Below are positions 38,953-46,898 of a stretch of 64,000 nt of DNA, piece after piece. The notes under the pieces are model-generated. The model searched no databases, was not told where the DNA came from, and saw only the letters and a list, made by a program, of their open reading frames with translations. A program made the translations under genes and the position numbers. This DNA comes from an uncultured Flavobacteriales bacterium. GTDB taxonomy: Bacteria > Bacteroidota > Bacteroidia > Flavobacteriales_D > Crocinitomicaceae. The DNA lies in NCBI GenBank assembly GCA_966250255.1, contig CBINGV010000001.1, positions 2,323-66,322 of the forward strand. Direction: 5' to 3'. How positions within the stretch are numbered: position 1 is the first letter of the stretch; each line of letters begins with the position of its first letter.

Positions 38953-39543
38953 TTATTCTGATTTAACGATGCGGCGGGTTTCAAGGATTTCTCCTTCTTG
39001 TTTGAGGACGTAAAAGTAAACGCCTTTTTTCAGCTCGGAGAGATCGAGCACCGTGTATTTTTCGTTGTTATTTACGGCAACGGTTTTTACTTTTTCGCCC
39101 AGTACACTCATGATCTCAATGTTGTCAGCCGTTTTGTTCGGAATGCTGAGCTTGGTTTTGAACGGGTTTGGGAAAGCTTTGAGAGCCACCGGGTTTTCAG
39201 GTTCGTCGATGGAAGCTGTTCCATTCGAAGCGCTGAACCCGCCTACCATGCCGGAGCCGGCGTGTGGCGTACAGACATAACCGTAATTCCCGGCTACCGT
39301 CACTTTGTAGTCAAAGTCGGTGGAAGTCATGAAATGATCCCAGGTGGCGGCGCCTACAGGTACGCTGGCAGAGGTCGTTGTGTGGGAACCGGAAACCAAG
39401 TGCCAGCGGATCGTATCGCCGACAATCACATTAGAGATCGCGTTCGGGCTGAAGGAAAAATTAGACACGTTGACGACATGAATGGTTGCCTTGGCTGAAA
39501 AGCCGGCAAATAAAAGAAGCATTATCAGGTAAATTTTTTTCAT
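38953..39543 (-). CDS. Plastocyanin-like type-1 (blue) copper protein with T9SS C-terminal sorting domain
   Basis: Start at MKKIYLIMLLLFAGFSAKA. The ligand pattern is GSHTTT ... YVCTPHAGSGMVGGF (C-x2-H-x4-M). The C-terminus LKAFPNPFKTKL...KGVYFYVLKQEGEILETRRIVK looks like a T9SS CTD. Confidence 0.8.
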   Translation of the reverse strand: MKKIYLIMLLLFAGFSAKATIHVVNVSNFSFSPNAISNVIVGDTIRWHLVSGSHTTTSASVPVGAATWDHFMTSTDFDYKVTVAGNYGYVCTPHAGSGMVGGFSASNGTASIDEPENPVALKAFPNPFKTKLSIPNKTADNIEIMSVLGEKVKTVAVNNNEKYTVLDLSELKKGVYFYVLKQEGEILETRRIVKSE

Positions 39544-39703
39544 CTGTAACAGATTAAGGGTTAATACATTCAAATATAGTAAAATAATTTTAAACCGGTG
39601 GTATAAAATCCCGGGAAAAATTTACGCTCGTTTTGTTGACCTGTAAATGCAAAAAGGGATGACATAGCCACCCCCTTTTTCGTTTCAATAAAGAAAAAAT
39701 CTC

Positions 39704-40030
39704 TTAGTTCTTTTGCCAAACGCAGGCTTTGTCAGAAATCTGAACAGCCTCTTCCTGGTAAAGCATAGCAATTTGCGGGCAAGCCATACCTTCCGGGCAA
39801 TCCACTCTGAATGCAACGGTGAGGGTACCGATTGTGTAAGGCACTTCCGGAGCCACGAAATAATAGATCGGCTGGAATTCACGGGAAACTTCAACCCATC
39901 CTGTAGCTTCGATCCCGTTAATGCGTCCTTCCAGACCATTGTCGTTGTTACAGTTTGGTGCAGACTGCTGGGCAAAAGCGCCGGCAGAAAGGCTCAACAT
40001 CAGCCCTAAAGAGAAAAGTACTTTCTTCAT
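39704..40030 (-). CDS. Small secreted four-cysteine protein, family A copy 1 (unknown function)
   Basis: 108 aa from MKKVLFSLGLMLSLSAGAFAQQ. The mature part is roughly three-quarters identical to 40267-40599. The track ORF's N-terminal extension was rejected. Confidence 0.8.
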   Translation of the reverse strand: MKKVLFSLGLMLSLSAGAFAQQSAPNCNNDNGLEGRINGIEATGWVEVSREFQPIYYFVAPEVPYTIGTLTVAFRVDCPEGMACPQIAMLYQEEAVQISDKACVWQKN

Positions 40031-40055
40031 AGTAAGAATTTTAAGTGTTTGAAGG

Positions 40056-40063
40056 CAAAAGTA
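40056..40063 (-). promoter_or_regulatory. -7 box TACTTTTG for family A copy 1
   Basis: Plus-strand CAAAAGTA, 25 nt upstream of the ATG at 40030. Confidence 0.5.
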
Positions 40064-40212
40064 AACAGATGAAACGGAAGACGCAATACGTATAAATACC
40101 TGTTTTTCAATCATTTGTTTTGATAAAAAAGATCAGCTAAATCTTTTTTGTAAAGCATAAAACCCGTTTTTAAGCCTAAAACCCGGCCCGGTTTCTGTTG
40201 CCCGCAAGAATT

Positions 40213-40241
40213 AAAAAGGGGACATCGTCCATCGTGTCCCC
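40213..40241 (-). terminator. Rho-independent terminator of family A copy 2
   Basis: The minus strand reads GGGGACA-CGATGGACGA-TGTCCCC followed by TTTTT. Confidence 0.75.
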
Positions 40242-40266
40242 CTTTCCATTCTCTCAAAGAAAATAC

Positions 40267-40599
40267 TTAGTTTGTTTTCTGCCAGACACAAGCCTTGTTG
40301 GATACCGCAATAGCGTCTTCCTGGTATACCATGGCAATTTTCGGGCAAGCTTCACCTTCCGGGCAATCCACTCCAAACACAACGGTCAATGTACCGATGT
40401 TGTACTGGGGCTCCGGTGCAACCAAATAATAGATCGGCTGAAATTCACGTGAAATTTCTACCCACCCGGTGTTTTCAATAGCATCGATGCGGGCTTCGAG
40501 GCCGTTATCATTGTTGCAGCTTGGTGCTACCTGCTGCGCAAAAGCGCCTGCAGAACAGAGGCTTAACATCAGCCCCAAAGAGAAAAGTGTTTTCTTCAT
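40267..40599 (-). CDS. Small secreted four-cysteine protein, family A copy 2 (unknown function)
   Basis: 110 aa from MKKTLFSLGLMLSLCSAGAFAQQ. Paralog of 39704-40030. Confidence 0.8.
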   Translation of the reverse strand: MKKTLFSLGLMLSLCSAGAFAQQVAPSCNNDNGLEARIDAIENTGWVEISREFQPIYYLVAPEPQYNIGTLTVVFGVDCPEGEACPKIAMVYQEDAIAVSNKACVWQKTN

Positions 40600-40622
40600 A
40601 GTAAGAATTTTAGTGTTTGGAG

Positions 40623-40630
40623 CAAAATTA
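40623..40630 (-). promoter_or_regulatory. -7 box TAATTTTG for family A copy 2
   Basis: Plus-strand CAAAATTA, 23 nt upstream of the ATG at 40599. Confidence 0.5.
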
Positions 40631-40921
40631 AAGAGAAAAAGCATAGTCACAATACGTATAAACACCTGTTTTTCAATTACTTATTTTTTAGTTCGAAAAA
40701 TCAGCTAAATCTTTTTTGTAAGGAGGTAGCTTGCTTTTTGGCATGAAATTGGCGTAAAAAAATTAATTCGTCAACGAAAAAAATTTTCATTCCCAGCCAA
40801 CCTTTACACATTTGAAATCGTTATTTGTACAAAACAACTTGTTTTTCCTTGCAGATTGAATTTATTGCTGTATATTCGCAAGTAGAAACAAACACCAAAA
40901 AAGAGCTTATAGAGAGATATT

Positions 40922-40929
40922 TACTTTTG
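40922..40929 (+). promoter_or_regulatory. -7 box TACTTTTG upstream of the sigma factor gene
   Basis: TAnnTTTG match 47 nt upstream of the ATG at 40977. Confidence 0.4.
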
Positions 40930-40976
40930 AATTATGTTAAACCATAGGGCCTAAAACCCATTTTAATTTGAAAGTT

Positions 40977-41576
40977 ATGTCTTTAAAAAAGCTGGATGAC
41001 CACACGCTCATCGTTTCTTATATCTCCGGAAATCACCAGGCATTTGAAGTTTTATTGCTGCGTCACAAAAACAGCATTTACCGGACTATTTTGTCCAAGG
41101 TGAAAGACCGCGACCTGGCAGAGGACCTGTTCCAGGATACCTTTATTAAGATCATCAAAACGTTCCAGGGCGGGAATTATAACGATGAAGGCAAATTCCT
41201 CTCCTGGGCGATGCGCATTGCCAACAACCTGGTGATCGATTATTTCCGCAAGCAGAACCGGATGAAAATGATCCAGGAAAAGTCCTCCAGGTCTGATGAC
41301 ATGAGCATTTTTAATTTTGTGGCCTCACCGGACGACCATGTGCTGGCGCAGCTTTCCAAAGAAGAGCTCCTGGAGCAAATGACCCAACTGGTGGATTACC
41401 TGCCACAGGCCCAGCAGGACATCATCCGCAAGCGTATTTTCGAGGATTTATCCTTTAAAGATATTGCCGAATCCGAAGACATTAGCATCAATACGGCCCT
41501 GGGCAGAATGCGTTATGCGCTGCTCAACCTCCGTAAGATGATTGAAAAACATAATCTGGTAGTAAACATTGCCTGA
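40977..41576 (+). CDS. ECF-type (sigma-70 family) RNA polymerase sigma factor
   Basis: About 199 aa from MSLKKLDDH. Region 2 is DLAEDLFQDTFIKIIK...FLSWAMRIANNLVIDYFRK and region 4 is LSFKDIAESEDISINTALGRMRYALLNLRK. The track start, a TTG at 40968, is also possible. Confidence 0.88.
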   Translation: MSLKKLDDHTLIVSYISGNHQAFEVLLLRHKNSIYRTILSKVKDRDLAEDLFQDTFIKIIKTFQGGNYNDEGKFLSWAMRIANNLVIDYFRKQNRMKMIQEKSSRSDDMSIFNFVASPDDHVLAQLSKEELLEQMTQLVDYLPQAQQDIIRKRIFEDLSFKDIAESEDISINTALGRMRYALLNLRKMIEKHNLVVNIA

Positions 41577-41765
41577 TTTTTCATAGCGCGAAAAAGACGC
41601 CGCGATGGACTAAAGAGGAACGCAAAGGACGTTCAGCTTTATCTGTTGCGGTTTTCTGTTTTTAATACTGGACGCAAAGTGACGCCAGGTTTTTGGCAGA
41701 GTTCGCCAAGTTTAAAAACACACACTGCCTTTGCATTCCAAAATTTCCGCTAAATCGCAGAAGAA

Positions 41766-42827
41766 CTACTCGTCAAAAGAAACCACCAGTTTTTCGCTGG
41801 TCGGGTGGGCCTGGCAGGTCAGGATGTAACCGGCTTCAAGCTCGTCTTCCTCGAGGGCGTAATTAACATCCATGCGGGCGCTTCCCTGCATCACCTTGGC
41901 CTTGCAAGTACAGCAAACGCCGCCCTTGCAGGCAAAAGGAAGGTCGGCACCGGCTTTTTGTGCTGCGTCGAGGATATTATCGTCGTTTTCGTTCAGGGAA
42001 ATATCAAGGGAATCGCCGTCGATGATGATCGTTACATTGGCCGTGATATTCGTTTCACTGATGACTTTCTCCACGTGTTTGATGCTGGTTCCGAACAACT
42101 CAAAATGCACCTGTTTCGGATCGACCCCCTGGGCGAGGAAAGTGTCCTTCACCGCATGGATCATGCTTTCGGGGCCGCACACGAAAACGTCATCGATGCG
42201 CTCGTTTTTCAGAAAAGTTTTGTAGAGCTTCTCGCATTTTTCGGCATCAATCCGTCCTTTTTGCAAAGGATTTCCAAGACTTTCGCGGGAAAGGACGTGG
42301 ATCACGCTGAAGCGGTCGAGGTATTCGTTTTTCAGCGCTTCGATCTCTTCCCGGAAAATGATGGAAGCGAAGTTTTTATTGCCGTAGAAAAAGGTAATGC
42401 TGCTTTCCGGCTCGTTTTTCAGCACGGATTTGATGATGGATAAAATCGGGGTGATCCCGCTTCCGGCAGCAAAAAGAACGTAATTTTTGTTGTGGGCTGC
42501 GTCCAGGTGCACCTTGAAATGCCCGCTGGGCGTCATGACATCAAGCTCATCTCCCACTTTCAGCTGTTGATTGGCAAAGCCTGAGAATTTTCCGCCTTCC
42601 ACTTCTTTCACCGCCACGCGCCATTCTTCTTCGAAAGGGGAGGAGCACAGGGAATAAGACCGGCGCAGCTCTTCACCGTCGATGGTGGTTTTCAGCGTCA
42701 GGTACTGGCCCGAAAGGTACTGGTAGTTTTCATGCAATTCCCGGGGGACATCGAAACGAATGGAAACGGTGTCGGCTGTTTCCCGGCGGATGTCCGCAAT
42801 TTTTAAGCGATGAAATGTGGGCGTCAT
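41766..42827 (-). CDS. Ferredoxin-NADP reductase-type oxidoreductase with C-terminal 2Fe-2S domain (PaaE-like)
   Basis: 353 aa with an FAD-binding RSYSLCSSP block, an NAD-binding LFAAGSGITP block and plant-type ferredoxin CKGGVCCTCKAKV. Confidence 0.85.
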   Translation of the reverse strand: MTPTFHRLKIADIRRETADTVSIRFDVPRELHENYQYLSGQYLTLKTTIDGEELRRSYSLCSSPFEEEWRVAVKEVEGGKFSGFANQQLKVGDELDVMTPSGHFKVHLDAAHNKNYVLFAAGSGITPILSIIKSVLKNEPESSITFFYGNKNFASIIFREEIEALKNEYLDRFSVIHVLSRESLGNPLQKGRIDAEKCEKLYKTFLKNERIDDVFVCGPESMIHAVKDTFLAQGVDPKQVHFELFGTSIKHVEKVISETNITANVTIIIDGDSLDISLNENDDNILDAAQKAGADLPFACKGGVCCTCKAKVMQGSARMDVNYALEEDELEAGYILTCQAHPTSEKLVVSFDE

Positions 42828-42900
42828 ATCTAAAAATTAGTGCACAAAACTACGTAAAAAAATTATACCTAAGTTGGTGAGTGTATAAGTTAGAAGGGAT

Positions 42901-43060
42901 GAATTAAACACATAGGCAGCTGGATTTTTGAAAGGCACCCTGTTAAAAATAGGGCACCTGAGCCACTGAGCAATGCATATCTCTCTTAAAAACTATTCTT
43001 CTCTTCAAATCAGTCACATCCAAAAAACTACAGACCTATGTGCCTGTGTGTTTAAATTTC
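42901..43060. repeat. MITE-like imperfect palindrome upstream of gcvH
   Basis: The left arm GAATTAAACACATAGGCAGC resembles the reverse complement of the right arm (GAAATTTAAACACACAGGCAC). The right arm's 20-mer recurs at 46858-46877 with 19/20 identity. Confidence 0.6.
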
Positions 43061-43133
43061 CCTGTACAGTACATTAAAATTTAAATTGATTCTAAATTAT
43101 TCGCATTTTTTGGCAGCATTTGACAGAAATAAA

Positions 43134-43141
43134 TACCTTTG
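43134..43141 (+). promoter_or_regulatory. -7 box TACCTTTG upstream of gcvH
   Basis: TAnnTTTG match 17 nt upstream of the ATG at 43159. Confidence 0.5.
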
Positions 43142-43158
43142 TCTAAAATTTTTTGAAG

Positions 43159-43536
43159 ATGAATATTCCAGCTGATTTGAAATACACACAAGACCACGAA
43201 TGGGTTAAGATTGACGGTAACGTAGCGACTGTCGGAATTACTGATTTTGCCCAGAGCGAATTAGGCGATATCGTTTACGTGGAGATCGAAACCGAAGGGG
43301 AAGAGCTCGGGAAAGAAGAAGTTTTCGGTTCCGTAGAGGCCGTAAAAACCGTTTCTGACCTGTTCATGCCGCTTTCCGGTACGGTAGTGGAATTCAACAA
43401 AGACCTCGAGTCCGATCCGGAAGCGGTGAACAAAGACCCATACGGAAAAGGCTGGATGATCAAAATCGAGCTCAGCGATCCTTCCGAAGCAGATTCTTTG
43501 ATGGATGCTGCGGCTTACCAGGCGCATATCGGGTAA
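43159..43536 (+). CDS. gcvH: Glycine cleavage system H protein
   Basis: [17 protein letters not shown] and the lipoyl-lysine block [13 protein letters not shown]. Confidence 0.95.
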   Translation: MNIPADLKYTQDHEWVKIDGNVATVGITDFAQSELGDIVYVEIETEGEELGKEEVFGSVEAVKTVSDLFMPLSGTVVEFNKDLESDPEAVNKDPYGKGWMIKIELSDPSEADSLMDAAAYQAHIG

Positions 43537-43704
43537 TTCGTAATATGCGCTAAGACGCATTTGAAGATTCGCAAATTCAGAATTCCACGAAAGTGGACGA
43601 ATCCCGCTTGCGGGAAGAATTTTCAAACCCTTACATCACAAATACCACCTTTAAGGTATCCGTATTGCCGGAATTTGCATTAATTTTACGGCCAAATTGC
43701 TGTT

Positions 43705-43938
43705 TTGAGTCAAACGCTGGGTTTTTGTACGACCGGGAAGGTCTTTAAAGTGAAGCAGGTTTTGCCTTCGGATCTCAGTTCCAAATTGCTGGAAATGGGT
43801 TTTTATACCGGGAAAGAGGTCGAAATCCTGTACAAGGCGCCTTTTGGTGACCCGATTGCTGTGCGCGTAGGCGAATACGTGTTGTCCATGCGTAAAAGCG
43901 AAGCCAATCTCATTGAAGTAGAGCATCCCGGATCATGA
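43705..43938 (+). CDS. feoA: Ferrous iron transport protein A (FeoA family)
   Basis: 77 aa. LLEMGFYTGKEVEILYKAPFGDPIAVRVGEYVLSMRKSEANLIEVE is typical of FeoA. TTG start; ATGA overlap with feoB. Confidence 0.88.
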   Translation: MSQTLGFCTTGKVFKVKQVLPSDLSSKLLEMGFYTGKEVEILYKAPFGDPIAVRVGEYVLSMRKSEANLIEVEHPGS

Positions 43939-45878
43939 AAAAAATTGCGCTTTTAGGAAACCCGAACACCGGAAAAACTTCCGTTTTCAACCGGCTTACC
44001 GGCCTCAACCAGCATGTGGGGAATTTCCCGGGTGTTACGGTCGACAAGAAGTCGGGTACGGTGCACGAAGGCAAGGAAAGCCTCGAACTGATTGATTTCC
44101 CGGGAACCTATAGCATTTACCCGCATTCGAATGACGAACAGGTCGTTTACGATGTGTTTTCCAATCCCAAACACCCCGATTTTCCGGAGCTGGCGCTTGT
44201 TGTGCTGGATGCCGGGAACCTGGAACGCAACCTCCTGCTGTTTTCACAGGTTTACGACTTGCACATTCCGCTGATTGCCGTGTTGAATATGAGCGACGTG
44301 GCGCACCGGAAAGGGATCCGCACGGATTTGGATGCGCTGAAACGCGCTTTCCCGGGCATCCGGGTTTGTGAAACGAACGCCCGCGCCGGCCTGGGCATGA
44401 AAGAGCTGAAAAAGCTGCTTTTCGAAGAAACGGAACGGGTTAATCACGAAGCTTTTATTGCGGATTACAGCATTTCGGCCATTGAAAATGAACAGCAGCA
44501 GGAAGCGGAAACGGCTTTGCGTTACGAAAAAATCCGCGCGGTGCTGGAAAAAGCAGTTCGCCACGAAGCGCAACATGATAGACCAAAAAAGCCCGGGCTT
44601 TGGGACCGGCTGACGGTTCACCCGCTCTGGGGCTATTTGATTTTTGCCCTGATTTTGCTCGTCATTTTCCAGCTGATCTTTTCCATTGCTTCGCTGCCGA
44701 TGGATTTGATTGACGGCGCTTTTGCGGATTTTGCCAACTGGACAGCCGATCGCCTTCCACCGGGTATTTTGACGGATTTGCTCAGCGGTGGAATTATCCC
44801 CGGATTGGGCGGTGTGCTGGTGTTTCTCCCTCAAATTTTATTGCTCTTTTTCTGCCTCGGTATCCTGGAGGAAACCGGTTACCTGGCACGCGCCGTCTTC
44901 ATTATGGACCGCCTGATGCGGCCTTTCGGGCTGAACGGCAAAAGCGTCGTTCCGCTGATTTCCAGTGCGGCCTGTGCCATCCCGGGCATTATGGCTACGC
45001 GGACGATCCCCAACCAGAAAGAACGCCTGATCACGATCCTCGTTGCCCCGCTGATGAGCTGCAGCGCCCGGATCCCGGTATATACCTTGCTGATCGCCCT
45101 GGTGGTGCCTAAAAGTTACCTGTTCGGTTTCCTGAGCCTGCAGGGGTTGACGCTTTTCGCCATGTACCTGCTCGGCCTGCTTTCCGCGCTGGCCGTTGCC
45201 TGGGTGATGAAACGCTTCATCAAAACGCGCGAAAAAAGCTACTTTTTACTTGAAATTCCTGAATTTAAAGCGCCGCGCTGGGGCAATATTTTCATTTCCC
45301 TGTACGAAAAATCCAAAGTATTTGTTTGGGAAGCCGGAAAGGTGATCCTCGCCATTTCGATTATTTTGTGGGCGTTGGCAAGCTACGGCCCGGGCGATCG
45401 CATGGACAAGGCCGTGCAGAAAATCGACCGGGAAGTGTACACCGGTGAACATTACGAAGACAAGGTGGCCTCCGTCAAGCTGGAAAATTCCTACATGGGT
45501 ATTTTGGGCAAAACGATCGAGCCGGTGATCCGCCCGCTGGGCTTCGACTGGAAAATCGGGATTTCGTTGCTGACGTCCTTCGCCGCCCGCGAGGTCTTTG
45601 TGGGTTCCATGGCCACGATTTACAGCGTGCACCAGGATGATAACGATGGCCTGCTTGAAACCATGCGCCAGGAAAAGCGTCCCGACGGAACGGCGGTTTA
45701 TTCGCTTGCTACCGGTCTGTCGCTGATGGTGTTTTATGTGTTTGCGATGCAGTGTATGGCTACCTTGGCTATTGTTCGCCGCGAGACCAAAAGCTGGAAA
45801 TGGCCGCTTGTTCAACTTGCATATATGGGAATTTTGGCGTATCTTGCAAGCATGTTGACGTATCAAATTTTTTCGTGA
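43935..45878 (+). CDS. feoB: Ferrous iron transporter B
   Basis: 647 aa with a GNPNTGKTSVFNRLTG G-domain followed by the polytopic gate domains. Confidence 0.96.
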   Translation: MKKIALLGNPNTGKTSVFNRLTGLNQHVGNFPGVTVDKKSGTVHEGKESLELIDFPGTYSIYPHSNDEQVVYDVFSNPKHPDFPELALVVLDAGNLERNLLLFSQVYDLHIPLIAVLNMSDVAHRKGIRTDLDALKRAFPGIRVCETNARAGLGMKELKKLLFEETERVNHEAFIADYSISAIENEQQQEAETALRYEKIRAVLEKAVRHEAQHDRPKKPGLWDRLTVHPLWGYLIFALILLVIFQLIFSIASLPMDLIDGAFADFANWTADRLPPGILTDLLSGGIIPGLGGVLVFLPQILLLFFCLGILEETGYLARAVFIMDRLMRPFGLNGKSVVPLISSAACAIPGIMATRTIPNQKERLITILVAPLMSCSARIPVYTLLIALVVPKSYLFGFLSLQGLTLFAMYLLGLLSALAVAWVMKRFIKTREKSYFLLEIPEFKAPRWGNIFISLYEKSKVFVWEAGKVILAISIILWALASYGPGDRMDKAVQKIDREVYTGEHYEDKVASVKLENSYMGILGKTIEPVIRPLGFDWKIGISLLTSFAAREVFVGSMATIYSVHQDDNDGLLETMRQEKRPDGTAVYSLATGLSLMVFYVFAMQCMATLAIVRRETKSWKWPLVQLAYMGILAYLASMLTYQIFS

Positions 45879-46012
45879 TGCAAACGGTATTGGTAATTCT
45901 GTTAATTTCGTGCTCAGTTTTTTATTTCGTGAGACGGGGCTACCGTTATTTCCGCCAAAAGGATAATAAATGTGAAGCCTGCTCGTTTTCACCTAAAACC
46001 AGCATTGAATGA
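45878..46012 (+). CDS. FeoB-associated Cys-rich small membrane protein
   Basis: 44 aa, MQTVLVILLISCSVFYFVRRGYRYFRQKDNKCEACSFSPKTSIE: one TM helix plus a C-x2-C. The ATG overlaps the feoB stop by 1 nt, and its own stop overlaps the next ATG. Confidence 0.7.
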   Translation: MQTVLVILLISCSVFYFVRRGYRYFRQKDNKCEACSFSPKTSIE

Positions 46013-46725
46013 TCCAAAAATTATCCATCCTTATCCCGGCATATAACGAAGAAAATTCCATCCAAACCATATTAGGCAAAGTCAAATCCGTTGAGCTGGT
46101 AAACGGCATTCAGAAGGAAATTGTTATTGTAAACGACTGTTCGAAGGACAAAACCCTGGAGAAAATTGCCGAGTTTCAGCAGAGCAATCCGGAGCTCGAT
46201 ATCCGCGTGTTTTCACAAACGGTCAACCAGGGAAAAGGAGCGGCGATCAACCGGGCGATCCAGGAATCCAGCGGTGATTATATCATTGTACAGGACGCCG
46301 ATTTGGAATATGACCCCGAAGAGTATAACCTCTTGTTGAAACCAGTGCTCGTGGATAACGCCGATGTCGTTTACGGATCGCGTTTCATGGGCCATCAGCC
46401 TCATCGCATTTTATTTTACTGGCATTCGAAAGGAAATAAATTCCTGACAGGCTTTTCGAATATGATGACGAACCTGAACCTGACGGACATGGAAACCTGC
46501 TACAAGCTGATTCGCGCTTCCATTGCCAAAAAGATCGACATCAAGGAACGCCGTTTCGGGATTGAGCCGGAAATTACGGCGAAGCTGGCCAAAATCCGTC
46601 GTATTCGTATTTACGAGGTAGGGATTTCCTATTATGGCCGCACTTATGAGGAAGGCAAAAAAATCGGCTGGAAAGACGGTTTTCGTGCACTTTGGTGTAT
46701 TGTGAAGTATAAGTTTGTGAATTAA
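46009..46725 (+). CDS. Family 2 glycosyltransferase (polyprenol-phosphate sugar synthase-like)
   Basis: 238 aa with LSILIPAYNEE, VNDCSKD and QDADLEYDP (DxD) motifs. Confidence 0.88.
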   Translation: MIQKLSILIPAYNEENSIQTILGKVKSVELVNGIQKEIVIVNDCSKDKTLEKIAEFQQSNPELDIRVFSQTVNQGKGAAINRAIQESSGDYIIVQDADLEYDPEEYNLLLKPVLVDNADVVYGSRFMGHQPHRILFYWHSKGNKFLTGFSNMMTNLNLTDMETCYKLIRASIAKKIDIKERRFGIEPEITAKLAKIRRIRIYEVGISYYGRTYEEGKKIGWKDGFRALWCIVKYKFVN

Positions 46726-46898
46726 CTTTTTAACATAGCGCTTATGCTGTAGCTACTGCGTAAGCATTAGGAACATAGATTTAGTTGTAAGGCACTTGAC
46801 TTGACAGAGTTATTCCTATTGTTACCTGAAATATCCTTCTTTTCTGCATTTCCTAATGTGCCTATGTGTTTAAATTTATACCTGTTTTCTAAGGAATA

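Larger units (their letters stand above)
39650..40725 (-). repeat. Tandem duplication (two units of ~0.55 kb), each carrying promoter block, small gene and terminator
   Basis: Both units conserve the coding sequence, the 5' block CAATACGTATAAAYACCTGTTTTTCAAT and the distal block ATCAGCTAAATCTTTTTTGTAA (about 40133 and about 40698). Confidence 0.85.

Noticed and set aside
40086-40110. Reading TGAAAAAC-N11-CGTA in the family A upstream block as a sigma-W/ECF-like promoter (TGAAAC-N16-CGTA).
   Set aside because: The spacer is about 5 nt too short, and the family B copies lack the CGTA element. I therefore report only the shared 11-mer and not an ECF promoter.
42828-43158. A glycine riboswitch upstream of gcvH.
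   Set aside because: I could not find the conserved glycine-aptamer core features. The region is explained better by a palindromic repeat and a standard -7 box.
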